NCBI RefSeq assembly: GCF_964355755.1
Contig: NC_092675.1
Span: 8,923,812 to 8,987,811 of the forward strand
DNA: 64,000 nucleotides
DNA from: Antedon mediterranea
Lineage: Eukaryota; Animalia; Echinodermata
Direction of reading: 5' to 3'
This document shows positions 21,569 through 34,499 of this stretch, piece by piece; within the stretch, counting starts at the first letter, position 1, and each line of letters begins with the position of its first letter. Under the pieces are notes generated by a model. It searched no databases. It worked only from the letters and a program-made list of their open reading frames with translations, and was not told where the DNA came from. The translations under genes and the position numbers were made by a program.

Positions 21569-22363
21569 ATGTTTAACTTTTTTAAATTATACTAAATAAA
21601 GTTTATTTTACCTTTCAATTATATTTTCAAGACAGTAACTATAAGATCTTTCTAAGTTCTAATCTTGAACCGCAAGTAACCGAATGTCTACAACCGTACC
21701 AGGTTGCCTAGCCTGTGAATATCTGTTGTCGTACACCTGTTTTTATCTTTTTAATAATCCTAAAATATAGTCTCCTTTAAGTGTTTCGATTTTCCAAAAA
21801 TGTGTTTATACTGTTGATGATAGTATAAGTAAATAAATTCAAACTTTAACCGCAATTAATCGAAAGTTTTTCAACTAAACTGCATTGAAAACAACGGTTC
21901 TCGTCCGATCACTGAAGTTAAACAAGTTGTTGTTCAAAGACATGTTTGTTGTTGTATGTTGCTGCTGTGGTGACGGTACAAACGTCACTGTACTACGCGG
22001 GCGTCCACTTGTGTGCGCGTTTGATTCTTAGCAACAAAGCGGCCTGAATCTTTTGTACATGCCGCTAATGTGTTATGCTTCATTGTACAGTGTTATTGTT
22101 TCCTTTATATTATCTTTTTAAGAACCTCAGTATAACTTTTTAAATTATACTAAACAAAGTTGAATTTACCTTTCAAGTATGTGTTTCTTCAACAGAAGTG
22201 GGTGTAAATACCAACGTCATGGTTTCAGCAGCTGCTAATTTCAATCCTAGAAAATGTTCTATAATAAATGAACAAAACTATTAGGTTATAGGATATATAT
22301 GTTTATAGAGATTTTGACAGTGAATATAAGATGTATATATACTTGAACCGCAAGTAACCGAAC

Positions 22364-22483
22364 GTCTACAACCATACCACGTTGAAAACACCGGTTCTCG
22401 TCCGAACACCGCAGTTAAACAACGTCGGGCCTGGTTAGTACTTGGATGGGAGACCGCCTGGGAATACCTGGTGTCGTAGACCT
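22364..22483 (+). rRNA. 5S_rRNA: 5S rRNA
   Basis: full-length copy. Confidence 0.95.
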
Positions 22484-22599
22484 ATGTTTAACTTTTTTAA
22501 ATTATACTAAACAATGTTTATTTTACCTTTCAATTATGTTTTTTGACAGTAACTATAAGATCTTTCTAAGTTATAATCTTGAACCGCAAGTAACCGAAT

Positions 22600-22719
22600 G
22601 TCTACAACCATACCACGTTGAAAACACCGGTTCTCGTCCGAACACCGCAGTTAAACAACGTCGGGCCTGGTTAGTACTTGGATGGAAGACCGCCTGGGAA
22701 TACCTGGTGTCGTAGACCT
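22600..22719 (+). rRNA. 5S_rRNA: 5S rRNA (G87A)
   Basis: full-length copy. Confidence 0.9.
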
Positions 22720-23515
22720 ATGTTTAACTTTTTTAAATTATACTAAACAATGTTTATTTTACCTTTCAATTATGTTTTTTGACAGTAACTATAAGTTCTT
22801 TCTCAGTTATAATCTTGAACCGCAAGTAACCGAATGTCTACAACCGTACCAGGTTGCCTAGCCTGTGAATATCTGTTGTCGTACACCTGTTTTTATCTTT
22901 TTAATAATCCTAAAATATAGTCTCCTTTAAGTGTTTCGATTTTCCAAAAATGTGTTTATACTGTTGATGATAGTATAAGTAAATAAATTCAAACTTTAAC
23001 CGCAATTAATCGAAAGTTTTTCAACTAAACTGCATTGAAAACAACGGTTCTCGTCCGATCACTGAAGTTAAACAAGTTGTTGTTCAAAGACATGTTTGTT
23101 GTTGTATGTTGCTGCTGTGGTGACGGTACAAACGTCACTGTACTACGCGGGCGTCCACTTGTGTGCGCGTTTGATTCTTAGCAACAAAGCGGCCTGAATC
23201 TTTTGTACATGCCGCTAATGTGTTATGCTTCATTGTACAGTGTTATTGTTTCCTTTATATTATCTTTTTAAGAACCTCAGTATAACTTTTTAAATTATAC
23301 TAAACAAAGTTGAATTTACCTTTCAAGTATGTGTTTCTTCAACAGAAGTGGGTGTAAATACCAACGTCATGGTTTCAGCAGCTGCTAATTTCAATCCTAG
23401 AGAAAATGTTCTATAATAAATGAACAAAACTATTAGGTTATAGGATATATATGTTTATAGAGATTTTGACAGTGAATATAAGATGTATATATACTTGAAC
23501 CGCAAGTAACCGAAC

Positions 23516-23635
23516 GTCTACAACCATACCACGTTGAAAACACCGGTTCTCGTCCGAACACCGCAGTTAAACAACGTCGGGCCTGGTTAGTACTTGGATG
23601 GGAGACCGCCTGGGAATACCTGGTGTCGTAGACCT
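23516..23635 (+). rRNA. 5S_rRNA: 5S rRNA
   Basis: full-length copy. Confidence 0.95.
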
Positions 23636-23751
23636 ATGTTTAACTTTTTTAAATTATACTAAACAATGTTTATTTTACCTTTCAATTATGTTTTTTGACA
23701 GTAACTATAAAATCTTTCTCAGTTATAATCTTGAACCGCAAGTAACCGAAC

Positions 23752-23871
23752 GTCTACAACCATACCATGTTGAAAACACCGGTTCTCGTCCGAACACCGC
23801 AGTTAAACAACGTCGGGCCTGGTTAGTACTTGGATGGGAGACCGCCTGGGAATACCTGGTGTCGTAGACCT
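23752..23871 (+). rRNA. 5S_rRNA: 5S rRNA (C17T)
   Basis: full-length copy. Confidence 0.92.
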
Positions 23872-23988
23872 ATGTTTAACTTTTTTAAATTATACTAAAC
23901 AAAGTTTATTTTACCTTTCAATTATGTTTTTATGACAGTAACTATAAGATCTTTCTAAGTTATAATCTTGAACCGCAAGTAACCGAAC

Positions 23989-24108
23989 GTCTACAACCAT
24001 ACCACGTTGAAAACACCGGTTCTCCTCCGAACACCGCAGTTAAACAACGTCGGGCCTGGTTAGTACTTGGATGGGAGACCGCCTGGGAATACCTGGTGTC
24101 GTAGACCT
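23989..24108 (+). rRNA. 5S_rRNA: 5S rRNA (G37C)
   Basis: full-length copy. Confidence 0.92.
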
Positions 24109-24224
24109 ATGTTTAACTTTTTAAAATTATACTAAACAATGTTTATTTTACCTTTCAATTATGTTTTTTGACAGTAACTATAAGATCTTTCTCAGTTATA
24201 ATCTTGAACCGCAAGTAACCGAAT

Positions 24225-24344
24225 GTCTACAACCATACCACGTTGAAAACACCGGTTCTCGTCCGAACACCGCAGTTAAACAACGTCGGGCCTGGTTAGT
24301 ACTTGGATGGGAGACCGCCTGGGAATACCTGGTGTCGTAGACCT
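24225..24344 (+). rRNA. 5S_rRNA: 5S rRNA
   Basis: full-length copy. Confidence 0.95.
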
Positions 24345-25138
24345 ATGTTTAACTTTTTTAAATTATACTAAACAATGTTTATTTTACCTTTCAATTATGT
24401 TTTTTGACAGTAACTATAAGATCTTTCTCAGTTATAATCTTGAACCGCAAGTAACCGAATGTCTACAACCGTACCAGGTTGCCTAGCCTGTGAATATCTG
24501 TTGTCGTACACCTGTTTTTATCTTTTTAATAATCCTAAAATATAGTCTCGTTTAAGTGTTTCTATTTTCCAAAAATGTGTTTATACTGTTGATGATAGTA
24601 TAAGTAAATAAATTCAAACTGTAACCGCAATTAATCGAAAGTTTTTCAACTAAACTGCATTGAAAACAACGGTTCTCGTCCGATCACTGAAGTTAAACAA
24701 GTTGTTGTTCAAAGACATGTTTGTTGTTGTATGTTGCTGCTGTGGTGACGGTACAAACGTCACTGTACTACGCGGGCGTCCACTTGTGTGCGCGTTTGAT
24801 TCTTAGCAACAACGCGGCCTGAATCTTTTGTACATGCCGCTATTGTGTTATGCTTCTTTGTACAGTGTTATTGTTTCCTTTATATTATCTTTTTAAGAAC
24901 CTCAGTATAACTTTTTAAATTATACTAAAAAAAGTTGAATTTACCTTTCAAGTATGTGTTTCTTCAACAGAAGTGGGTGTAAATACCAACGTCATGGTTT
25001 CAGCAGCTGCTAATTTCAATCCTAGAAAATGTTCTATAATAAATGAACAAAACTATTAGGTTATAGGATATATATATTTATAGAGATTTTGACAGTGAAT
25101 ATAAGATGTATATATACTTGAACCGCAAGTAACCGAAC

Positions 25139-25258
25139 GTCTACAACCATACCACGTTGAAAACACCGGTTCTCGTCCGAACACCGCAGTTAAACAACGT
25201 CGGGCCTGGTTAGTACTTGGATGGGAGACCGCCTGGGAATACCTGGTGTCGTAGACCT
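25139..25258 (+). rRNA. 5S_rRNA: 5S rRNA
   Basis: full-length copy. Confidence 0.95.
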
Positions 25259-25374
25259 ATGTTTAACTTTTTTAAATTATACTAAACAATGTTTATTTTA
25301 CCTTTCAATTATGTTTTTTGACAGTAACTATAAGATCTTTCTCAGTTATAATCTTGAACCGCAAGGAACCGAAT

Positions 25375-25494
25375 GTCTACAACCATACCACGTTGAAAAC
25401 ACCGGTTCTCGTCCGAACACCGCAGTTAAACAACGTCGGGCCTGGTTAGTACTTGGATGGGAGACCGCCTGGGAATACCTGGTGGCGTAGACCT
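25375..25494 (+). rRNA. 5S_rRNA: 5S rRNA (T111G)
   Basis: full-length copy. Confidence 0.9.
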
Positions 25495-26289
25495 ATGTTT
25501 AACTTTTTTAAATTATACTAAATAAAGTTTATTTTACCTTTCAATTATATTTTTATGACAGTAACTATAAGATCTTTCTAAGTTATAATCTTGAACCGCA
25601 AGTAACCGAATGTCTACAACCGTACCAGGTTGCCTAGCCTGTGAATATCTGTTGTCGTACACCTGTTTTTATCTTTTTAATAATCCTAAAATATAGTCTC
25701 GTTTAAGTGTTTCGATTTTCCAAAAATGTGTTTATACTGTTGATGATAGTATAAGTAAATAAATTCAAACTGTAACCGCAATTAATCGAAAGTTTTTCAA
25801 CTAAACTGCATTGAAAACAACTGTTCTCGTCCGATCACTGAAGTTAAACAAGTTGTTGTTCAAAGACATGTTTGTTGTTGTATGTTGCTGCTGTGGTGAC
25901 GGTACAAACGTCACTGTACTACGCGGGCGTCCACTTGTGTGCGCGTTTGATTCTTAGCAACAAAGCGGCCTGAATCTTTTGTACATGCCGCTATTGTGTT
26001 ATGCTTCTTTGTACAGTGTTATTGTTTCCTTTATATTATCTTTTTAAGAACCTCAGTATAACTTTTTAAATTATACTAAACAAAGTTGAATTTACCTTTC
26101 AAGTATGTGTTTCTTAAACAGAAGTGGGTGTAAATACCAACGTCATGGTTTCAGCAGCTGCTAATTTCAATCCTAGAAAATGTTCTATAATAAATGAACA
26201 AAACTATTAGGTTATAGGATATATGTGTTTATAGAGATTTTGACAGTGAATATAAGATTTATATATACTTGAACCGCAAGTAACCGAAC

Positions 26290-26409
26290 GTCTACAACCA
26301 TACCATGTTGAAAACACCGGTTCTCGTCCGAACACCGCAGTTAAACAACGTCGGGCCTCGTTAGTACTTGGATGGGAGACCGCCTGGGAATACCTGGTGT
26401 CGTAGACCT
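26290..26409 (+). rRNA. 5S_rRNA: 5S rRNA (C17T,G70C)
   Basis: full-length copy. Confidence 0.9.
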
Positions 26410-26526
26410 ATGTTTAACTTTTTTAAATTATACTAAACAAAGTTTATTTTACCTTTCAATTATGTTTTTATGACAGTAACTATAAGATCTTTCTAAGTTA
26501 TAATCTTGAACCGCAAGTAACCGAAC

Positions 26527-26646
26527 GTCTACAACCATACCACGTTGAAAACACCGGTTCTCCTCCGAACACTGCAGTTAAACAACGTCGGGCCTGGTTA
26601 GTACTTGGATGGGAGACCGCCTGGGAATACCTGGTGTCGTAGACCT
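26527..26646 (+). rRNA. 5S_rRNA: 5S rRNA (G37C,C47T)
   Basis: full-length copy. Confidence 0.9.
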
Positions 26647-27441
26647 ATGTTTAACTTTTTTAAATTATACTAAACAATGTTTATTTTACCTTTCAATTAT
26701 GTTTTTATGACAGTAACTATAAGATCTTTCTAAGTTATAATCTTGAACCGCAAGTAACCGAATGTCTACAACCGTACCAGGTTGCCTAGCCTGTGAATAT
26801 CTGTTATCGTACACCTGTTTTTATCTTTTTAATAATCCTAAAATATAGTCTCCTTTAAGTGTTTCGATTTTCCAAAAATGTGTTTATACTGTTGATGATA
26901 GTATAAGTAAATAAATTCAAACTTTAACCGCAATTAATCGAAAGTTTTTCAACTAAACTGCATTGAAAACAACGGTTCTCGTCCGATCACTGAAGTTAAA
27001 CAAGTTGTTGTTCAAAGACATGTTTGTTGTTGTATGTTGCTGCTGTGGTGACGGTACAAACGTCACTGTACTACGCGATCGTCCACTTGTGTGCGCGTTT
27101 GATTCTTAGCAACAAAGCGGCCTGAATCTTTTGTACATGCCGCTATTGTGTTATGCTTCTTTGTACAGTGTTATTATTTCCTTTATATTATCTTTTTAAG
27201 AACCTCAGTATAACTTTTTAAATTATACTAAACAAAGTTGAATTTACCTTTCAAGTATGTGTTTCTTCAACAGAAGTGGGTGTAAATACCAACGTCATGG
27301 TTTCAGCAGCTGCTAATTTCAATCCTAGAAAATGTTCTATAATAAATGAACAAAACTATTAGGTTATAGGATATATGTGTTTATAGAGATTTTGACAGTG
27401 AATATAAGATTTATATATACTTGAACCGCAAGTAACCGAAC

Positions 27442-27561
27442 GTCTACAACCATACCATGTTGAAAACACCGGTTCTCGTCCGAACACCGGAGTTAAACAA
27501 CGTCGGGCCTCGTTAGTACTTGGATGGGAGACCGCCTGGGAATACCTGGTGTCGTAGACCT
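27442..27561 (+). rRNA. 5S_rRNA: 5S rRNA (C17T,C49G,G70C)
   Basis: full-length copy. Confidence 0.9.
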
Positions 27562-27678
27562 ATGTTTAACTTTTTTAAATTATACTAAACAAAGTTTATT
27601 TTACCTTTCAATTATGTTTTTATGACAGTAACTATAAGATCTTTCTAAGTTATAATCTTGAACCGCAAGTAACCGAAC

Positions 27679-27798
27679 GTCTACAACCATACCACGTTGA
27701 AAACACCGGTTCTCCTCCGAACACCGCAGTTAAACAACGTCGGGCCTGGTTAGTACTTGGATGGGAGACCGCCTGGGAATACCTGGTGTCGTAGACCT
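27679..27798 (+). rRNA. 5S_rRNA: 5S rRNA (G37C)
   Basis: full-length copy. Confidence 0.92.
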
Positions 27799-27914
27799 AT
27801 GTTTAACTTTTTTAAATTATACTAAACAATGTTTATTTTACCTTTCAATTATGTTTTTTGACAGTAACTATAAGATCTTTCTCAGTTATAATCTTGAACC
27901 GCAAGTAACCGAAT

Positions 27915-28034
27915 GTCTACAACCATACCACGTTGAAAACACCGGTTCTCGTCCGAACACCGCAGTTAAACAACGTCGGGCCTGGTTAGTACTTGGATGG
28001 GAGACCGCCTGTGAATACCTGGTGTCGTAGACCT
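27915..28034 (+). rRNA. 5S_rRNA: 5S rRNA (G98T)
   Basis: full-length copy. Confidence 0.9.
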
Positions 28035-28828
28035 ATGTTTAACTTTTTTAAATTATACTAAACAATGTTTATTTTACCTTTCAATTATGTTTTTTGACAG
28101 TAACTATAAGATCTTTCTCAGTTATAATCTTGAACCGCAAGTAACCGAATGTCTACAACCGTACCAGGTTGCCTAGCCTGTGAATATCTGTTGTCGTACA
28201 CCTGTTTTTATCTTTTTAATAATCCTAAAATATAGTCTCGTTTAAGTGTTTCTATTTTCCAAAAATGTGTTTATACTGTTGATGATAGTATAAGTAAATA
28301 AATTCAAACTGTAACCGCAATTAATCGAAAGTTTTTCAACTAAACTGCATTGAAAACAACGGTTCTCGTCCGATCACTGAAGTTAAACAAGTTGTTGTTC
28401 AAAGACATGTTTGTTGTTGTATGTTGCTGCTGTGGTGACGGTACAAACGTCACTGTACTACGCGGGCGTCCACTTGTGTGCGCGTTTGATTCTTAGCAAC
28501 AACGCGGCCTGAATCTTTTGTACATGCCGCTATTGTGTTATGCTTCTTTGTACAGTGTTATTGTTTCCTTTATATTATCTTTTTAAGAACCTCAGTATAA
28601 CTTTTTAAATTATACTAAAAAAAGTTGAATTTACCTTTCAAGTATGTGTTTCTTCAACAGAAGTGGGTGTAAATACCAACGTCATGGTTTCAGCAGCTGC
28701 TAATTTCAATCCTAGAAAATGTTCTATAATAAATGAACAAAACTATTAGGTTATAGGATATATATATTTATAGAGATTTTGACAGTGAATATAAGATGTA
28801 TATATACTTGAACCGCAAGTAACCGAAC

Positions 28829-28948
28829 GTCTACAACCATACCACGTTGAAAACACCGGTTCTCGTCCGAACACCGCAGTTAAACAACGTCGGGCCTGGT
28901 TAGTACTTGGATGGGAGACCGCCTGGGAATACCTGGTGTCGTAGACCT
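28829..28948 (+). rRNA. 5S_rRNA: 5S rRNA
   Basis: full-length copy. Confidence 0.95.
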
Positions 28949-29064
28949 ATGTTTAACTTTTTTAAATTATACTAAACAATGTTTATTTTACCTTTCAATT
29001 ATGTTTTTTGACAGTAACTATAAGATCTTTCTCAGTTATAATCTTGAACCGCAAGGAACCGAAT

Positions 29065-29184
29065 GTCTACAACCATACCACGTTGAAAACACCGGTTCTC
29101 GTCCGAACACCGCAGTTAAACAACGTCGGGCCTGGTTAGTACTTGGATGGGAGACCGCCTGGGAATACCTGGTGTCGTAGACCT
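29065..29184 (+). rRNA. 5S_rRNA: 5S rRNA
   Basis: full-length copy. Confidence 0.95.
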
Positions 29185-29979
29185 ATGTTTAACTTTTTTA
29201 AATTATACTAAATAAAGTTTATTTTACCTTTCAATTATATTTTTATGACAGTAACTATAAGATCTTTCTAAGTTATAATCTTGAACCGCAAGTAACCGAA
29301 TGTCTACAACCGTACCAGGTTGCCTAGCCTGTGAATATCTGTTGTCGTACACCTGTTTTTATCTTTTTAATAATCCTAAAATATAGTCTCGTTTAAGTGT
29401 TTCGATTTTCCAAAAATGTGTTTATACTGTTGATGATAGTATAAGTAAATAAATTCAAACTGTAACCGCAATTAATCGAAAGTTTTTCAACTAAACTGCA
29501 TTGAAAACAACTGTTCTCGTCCGATCACTGAAGTTAAACAAGTTGTTGTTCAAAGACATGTTTGTTGTTGTATGTTGCTGCTGTGGTGACGGTACAAACG
29601 TCACTGTACTACGCGGGCGTCCACTTGTGTGCGCGTTTGATTCTTAGCAACAAAGCGGCCTGAATCTTTTGTACATGCCGCTATTGTGTTATGCTTCTTT
29701 GTACAGTGTTATTGTTTCCTTTATATTATCTTTTTAAGAACCTCAGTATAACTTTTTAAATTATACTAAACAAAGTTGAATTTACCTTTCAAGTATGTGT
29801 TTCTTCAACAGAAGTGGGTGTAAATACCAACGTCATGGTTTCAGCAGCTGCTAATTTCAATCCTAGAAAATGTTCTATAATAAATGAACAAAACTATTAG
29901 GTTATAGGATATATGTGTTTATAGAGATTTTGACAGTGAATATAAGATTTATATATACTTGAACCGCAAGTAACCGAAC

Positions 29980-30099
29980 GTCTACAACCATACCATGTTG
30001 AAAACACCGGTTCTCGTCCGAACACCGCAGTTAAACAACGTCGGGCCTCGTTAGTACTTGGATGGGAGACCGCCTGGGAATACCTGGTGTCGTAGACCT
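29980..30099 (+). rRNA. 5S_rRNA: 5S rRNA (C17T,G70C)
   Basis: full-length copy. Confidence 0.9.
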
Positions 30100-30216
30100 A
30101 TGTTTAACTTTTTTAAATTATACTAAACAAAGTTTATTTTACCTTTCAATTATGTTTTTATGACAGTAACTATAAGATCTTTCTAAGTTATAATCTTGAA
30201 CCGCAAGTAACCGAAC

Positions 30217-30336
30217 GTCTACAACCATACCACGTTGAAAACACCGGTTCTCCTCCGAACACTGCAGTTAAACAACGTCGGGCCTGGTTAGTACTTGGAT
30301 GGGAGACCGCCTGGGAATACCTGGTGTCGTAGACCT
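30217..30336 (+). rRNA. 5S_rRNA: 5S rRNA (G37C,C47T)
   Basis: full-length copy. Confidence 0.9.
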
Positions 30337-31131
30337 ATGTTTAACTTTTTTAAATTATACTAAACAATGTTTATTTTACCTTTCAATTATGTTTTTATGA
30401 CAGTAACTATAAGATCTTTCTAAGTTATAATCTTGAACCGCAAGTAACCGAATGTCTACAACCGTACCAGGTTGCCTAGCCTGTGAATATCTGTTATCGT
30501 ACACCTGTTTTTATCTTTTTAATAATCCTAAAATATAGTCTCCTTTAAGTGTTTCGATTTTCCAAAAATGTGTTTATACTGTTGATGATAGTATAAGTAA
30601 ATAAATTCAAACTTTAACCGCAATTAATCGAAAGTTTTTCAACTAAACTGCATTGAAAACAACGGTTCTCGTCCGATCACTGAAGTTAAACAAGTTGTTG
30701 TTCAAAGACATGTTTGTTGTTGTATGTTGCTGCTGTGGTGACGGTACAAACGTCACTGTACTACGCGATCGTCCACTTGTGTGCGCGTTTGATTCTTAGC
30801 AACAAAGCGGCCTGAATCTTTTGTACATGCCGCTATTGTGTTATGCTTCTTTGTACAGTGTTATTATTTCCTTTATATTATCTTTTTAAGAACCTCAGTA
30901 TAACTTTTTAAATTATACTAAACAAAGTTGAATTTACCTTTCAAGTATGTGTTTCTTCAACAGAAGTGGGTGTAAATACCAACGTCATGGTTTCAGCAGC
31001 TGCTAATTTCAATCCTAGAAAATGTTCTATAATAAATGAACAAAACTATTAGGTTATAGGATATATGTGTTTATAGAGATTTTGACAGTGAATATAAGAT
31101 TTATATATACTTGAACCGCAAGTAACCGAAC

Positions 31132-31251
31132 GTCTACAACCATACCATGTTGAAAACACCGGTTCTCGTCCGAACACCGGAGTTAAACAACGTCGGGCCT
31201 CGTTAGTACTTGGATGGGAGACCGCCTGGGAATACCTGGTGTCGTAGACCT
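31132..31251 (+). rRNA. 5S_rRNA: 5S rRNA (C17T,C49G,G70C)
   Basis: full-length copy. Confidence 0.9.
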
Positions 31252-31368
31252 ATGTTTAACTTTTTTAAATTATACTAAACAAAGTTTATTTTACCTTTCA
31301 ATTATGTTTTTATGACAGTAACTATAAGATCTTTCTAAGTTATAATCTTGAACCGCAAGTAACCGAAC

Positions 31369-31488
31369 GTCTACAACCATACCACGTTGAAAACACCGGT
31401 TCTCCTCCGAACACCGCAGTTAAACAACGTGGGGCCTGGTTAGTACTTGGATGGGAGACCGCCTGGGAATACCTGGTGTCGTAGACCT
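31369..31488 (+). rRNA. 5S_rRNA: 5S rRNA (G37C,C63G)
   Basis: full-length copy. Confidence 0.9.
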
Positions 31489-31604
31489 ATGTTTAACTTT
31501 TTTAAATTATACTAAACAATGTTTATTTTACCTTTCAATTATGTTTTTTGACAGTAACTATAAGATCTTTCTCAGTTATAATCTTGAACCGCAAGTAACC
31601 GAAT

Positions 31605-31724
31605 GTCTACAACCATACCACGTTGAAAACACCGGTTCTCGTCCGAACACCGCAGTTAAACAACGTCGGGCCTGGTTAGTACTTGGATGGGAGACCGCCT
31701 GGGAATACCTGGTGTCGTAGACCT
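31605..31724 (+). rRNA. 5S_rRNA: 5S rRNA
   Basis: full-length copy. Confidence 0.95.
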
Positions 31725-32518
31725 ATGTTTAACTTTTTTAAATTATACTAAACAATGTTTATTTTACCTTTCAATTATGTTTTTTGACAGTAACTATAAG
31801 ATCTTTCTCAGTTATAATCTTGAACCGCAAGTAACCGAATGTCTACAACCGTACCAGGTTGCCTAGCCTGTGAATATCTGTTGTCGTACACCTGTTTTTA
31901 TCTTTTTAATAATCCTAAAATATAGTCTCGTTTAAGTGTTTCTATTTTCCAAAAATGTGTTTATACTGTTGATGATAGTATAAGTAAATAAATTCAAACT
32001 GTAACCGCAATTAATCGAAAGTTTTTCAACTAAACTGCATTGAAAACAACGGTTCTCGTCCGATCACTGAAGTTAAACAAGTTGTTGTTCAAAGACATGT
32101 TTGTTGTTGTATGTTGCTGCTGTGGTGACGGTACAAACGTCACTGTACTACGCGGGCGTCCACTTGTGTGCGCGTTTGATTCTTAGCAACAACGCGGCCT
32201 GAATCTTTTGTACATGCCGCTATTGTGTTATGCTTCTTTGTACAGTGTTATTGTTTTCTTTATATTATCTTTTTAAGAACCTCAGTATAACTTTTTAAAT
32301 TATACTAAAAAAAGTTGAATTTACCTTTCAAGTATGTGTTTCTTCAACAGAAGTGGGTGTAAATACCAACGTCATGGTTTCAGCAGCTGCTAATTTCAAT
32401 CCTAGAAAATGTTCTATAATAAATGAACAAAACTATTAGGTTATAGGATATATATATTTATAGAGATTTTGACAGTGAATATAAGATGTATATATACTTG
32501 AACCGCAAGTAACCGAAC

Positions 32519-32638
32519 GTCTACAACCATACCACGTTGAAAACACCGGTTCTCGTCCGAACACCGCAGTTAAACAACGTCGGGCCTGGTTAGTACTTGG
32601 ATGGGAGACCGCCTGGGAATACCTGGTGTCGTAGACCT
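32519..32638 (+). rRNA. 5S_rRNA: 5S rRNA
   Basis: full-length copy. Confidence 0.95.
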
Positions 32639-32754
32639 ATGTTTAACTTTTTTAAATTATACTAAACAATGTTTATTTTACCTTTCAATTATGTTTTTTG
32701 ACAGTAACTATAAGATCTTTCTCAGTTATAATCTTGAACCGCAAGGAACCGAAT

Positions 32755-32874
32755 GTCTACAACCATACCACGTTGAAAACACCGGTTCTCGTCCGAACAC
32801 CGCAGTTAAACAACGTCGGGCCTGGTTAGTACTTGGATGGGAGACCGCCTGGGAATACCTGGTGTCGTAGACCT
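32755..32874 (+). rRNA. 5S_rRNA: 5S rRNA
   Basis: full-length copy. Confidence 0.95.
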
Positions 32875-33669
32875 ATGTTTAACTTTTTTAAATTATACTA
32901 AATAAAGTTTATTTTACCTTTCAATTATATTTTTATGACAGTAACTATAAGATCTTTCTAAGTTATAATCTTGAACCGCAAGTAACCGAATGTCTACAAC
33001 CGTACCAGGTTGCCTAGCCTGTGAATATCTGTTGTCGTACACCTGTTTTTATCTTTTTAATAATCCTAAAATATAGTCTCGTTTAAGTGTTTCGATTTTC
33101 CAAAAATGTGTTTATACTGTTGATGATAGTATAAGTAAATAAATTCAAACTGTAACCGCAATTAATCGAAAGTTTTTCAACTAAACTGCATTGAAAACAA
33201 CTGTTCTCGTCCGATCACTGAAGTTAAACAAGTTGTTGTTCAAAGACATGTTTGTTGTTGTATGTTGCTGCTGTGGTGACGGTACAAACGTCACTGTACT
33301 ACGCGGGCGTCCACTTGTGTGCGCGTTTGATTCTTAGCAACAAAGCGGCCTGAATCTTTTGTACATGCCGCTATTGTGTTATGCTTCTTTGTACAGTGTT
33401 ATTGTTTCCTTTATATTATCTTTTTAAGAACCTCAGTATAACTTTTTAAATTATACTAAACAAAGTTGAATTTACCTTTCAAGTATGTGTTTCTTCAACA
33501 GAAGTGGGTGTAAATACCAACGTCATGGTTTCAGCAGCTGCTAATTTCAATCCTAGAAAATGTTCTATAATAAATGAACAAAACTATTAGGTTATAGGAT
33601 ATATGTGTTTATAGAGATTTTGACAGTGAATATAAGATTTATATATACTTGAACCGCAAGTAACCGAAC

Positions 33670-33789
33670 GTCTACAACCATACCATGTTGAAAACACCGG
33701 TTCTCGTCCGAACACCGCAGTTAAACAACGTCGGGCCTCGTTAGTACTTGGATGGGAGACCGCCTGGGAATACCTGGTGTCGTAGACCT
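33670..33789 (+). rRNA. 5S_rRNA: 5S rRNA (C17T,G70C)
   Basis: full-length copy. Confidence 0.9.
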
Positions 33790-33906
33790 ATGTTTAACTT
33801 TTTTAAATTATACTAAACAAAGTTTATTTTACCTTTCAATTATGTTTTTATGACAGTAACTATAAGATCTTTCTAAGTTATAATCTTGAACCGCAAGTAA
33901 CCGAAC

Positions 33907-34026
33907 GTCTACAACCATACCACGTTGAAAACACCGGTTCTCCTCCGAACACTGCAGTTAAACAACGTCGGGCCTGGTTAGTACTTGGATGGGAGACCGC
34001 CTGGGAATACCTGGTGTCGTAGACCT
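33907..34026 (+). rRNA. 5S_rRNA: 5S rRNA (G37C,C47T)
   Basis: full-length copy. Confidence 0.9.
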
Positions 34027-34143
34027 ATGTTTAACTTTTTTAAATTATACTAAACAATGTTTATTTTACCTTTCAATTATGTTTTTATGACAGTAACTAT
34101 AAGATCTTTCTAAGTTATAATCTTGAACCGCAAGTAACCGAAC

Positions 34144-34263
34144 GTCTACAACCATACCACGTTGAAAACACCGGTTCTCGTCCGAACACCGCAGTTAAAC
34201 AACGTCGGGCCTGGTTAGTACTTGGATGGGAGACCGCCTGGGAATACCTGGTGTCGTAGACCT
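34144..34263 (+). rRNA. 5S_rRNA: 5S rRNA
   Basis: full-length copy. Confidence 0.95.
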
Positions 34264-34379
34264 ATGTTTAACTTTTTTAAATTATACTAAACAATGTTTA
34301 TTTTACCTTTCAATTATGTTTTTTGACAGTAACTATAAGATCTTTCTCAGTTATAATCTTGAACCGCAAGTAACCGAAT

Positions 34380-34499
34380 GTCTACAACCATACCACGTTG
34401 AAAACACCGGTTCTCGTCCGAACACCGCAGTTAAACAACGTCGGGCCTGGTTAGTACTTGGATGGGAGACCGCCTGGGAATACCTGGTGTCGTAGACCT
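34380..34499 (+). rRNA. 5S_rRNA: 5S rRNA
   Basis: full-length copy. Confidence 0.95.

Noticed and set aside
28005-28020. Gene conversion from psi1 (GCCTGTGAATA) into a full gene
   Set aside because: Only one shared SNP, and neighbouring psi1 diagnostics are absent. It is indistinguishable from point mutation or error.
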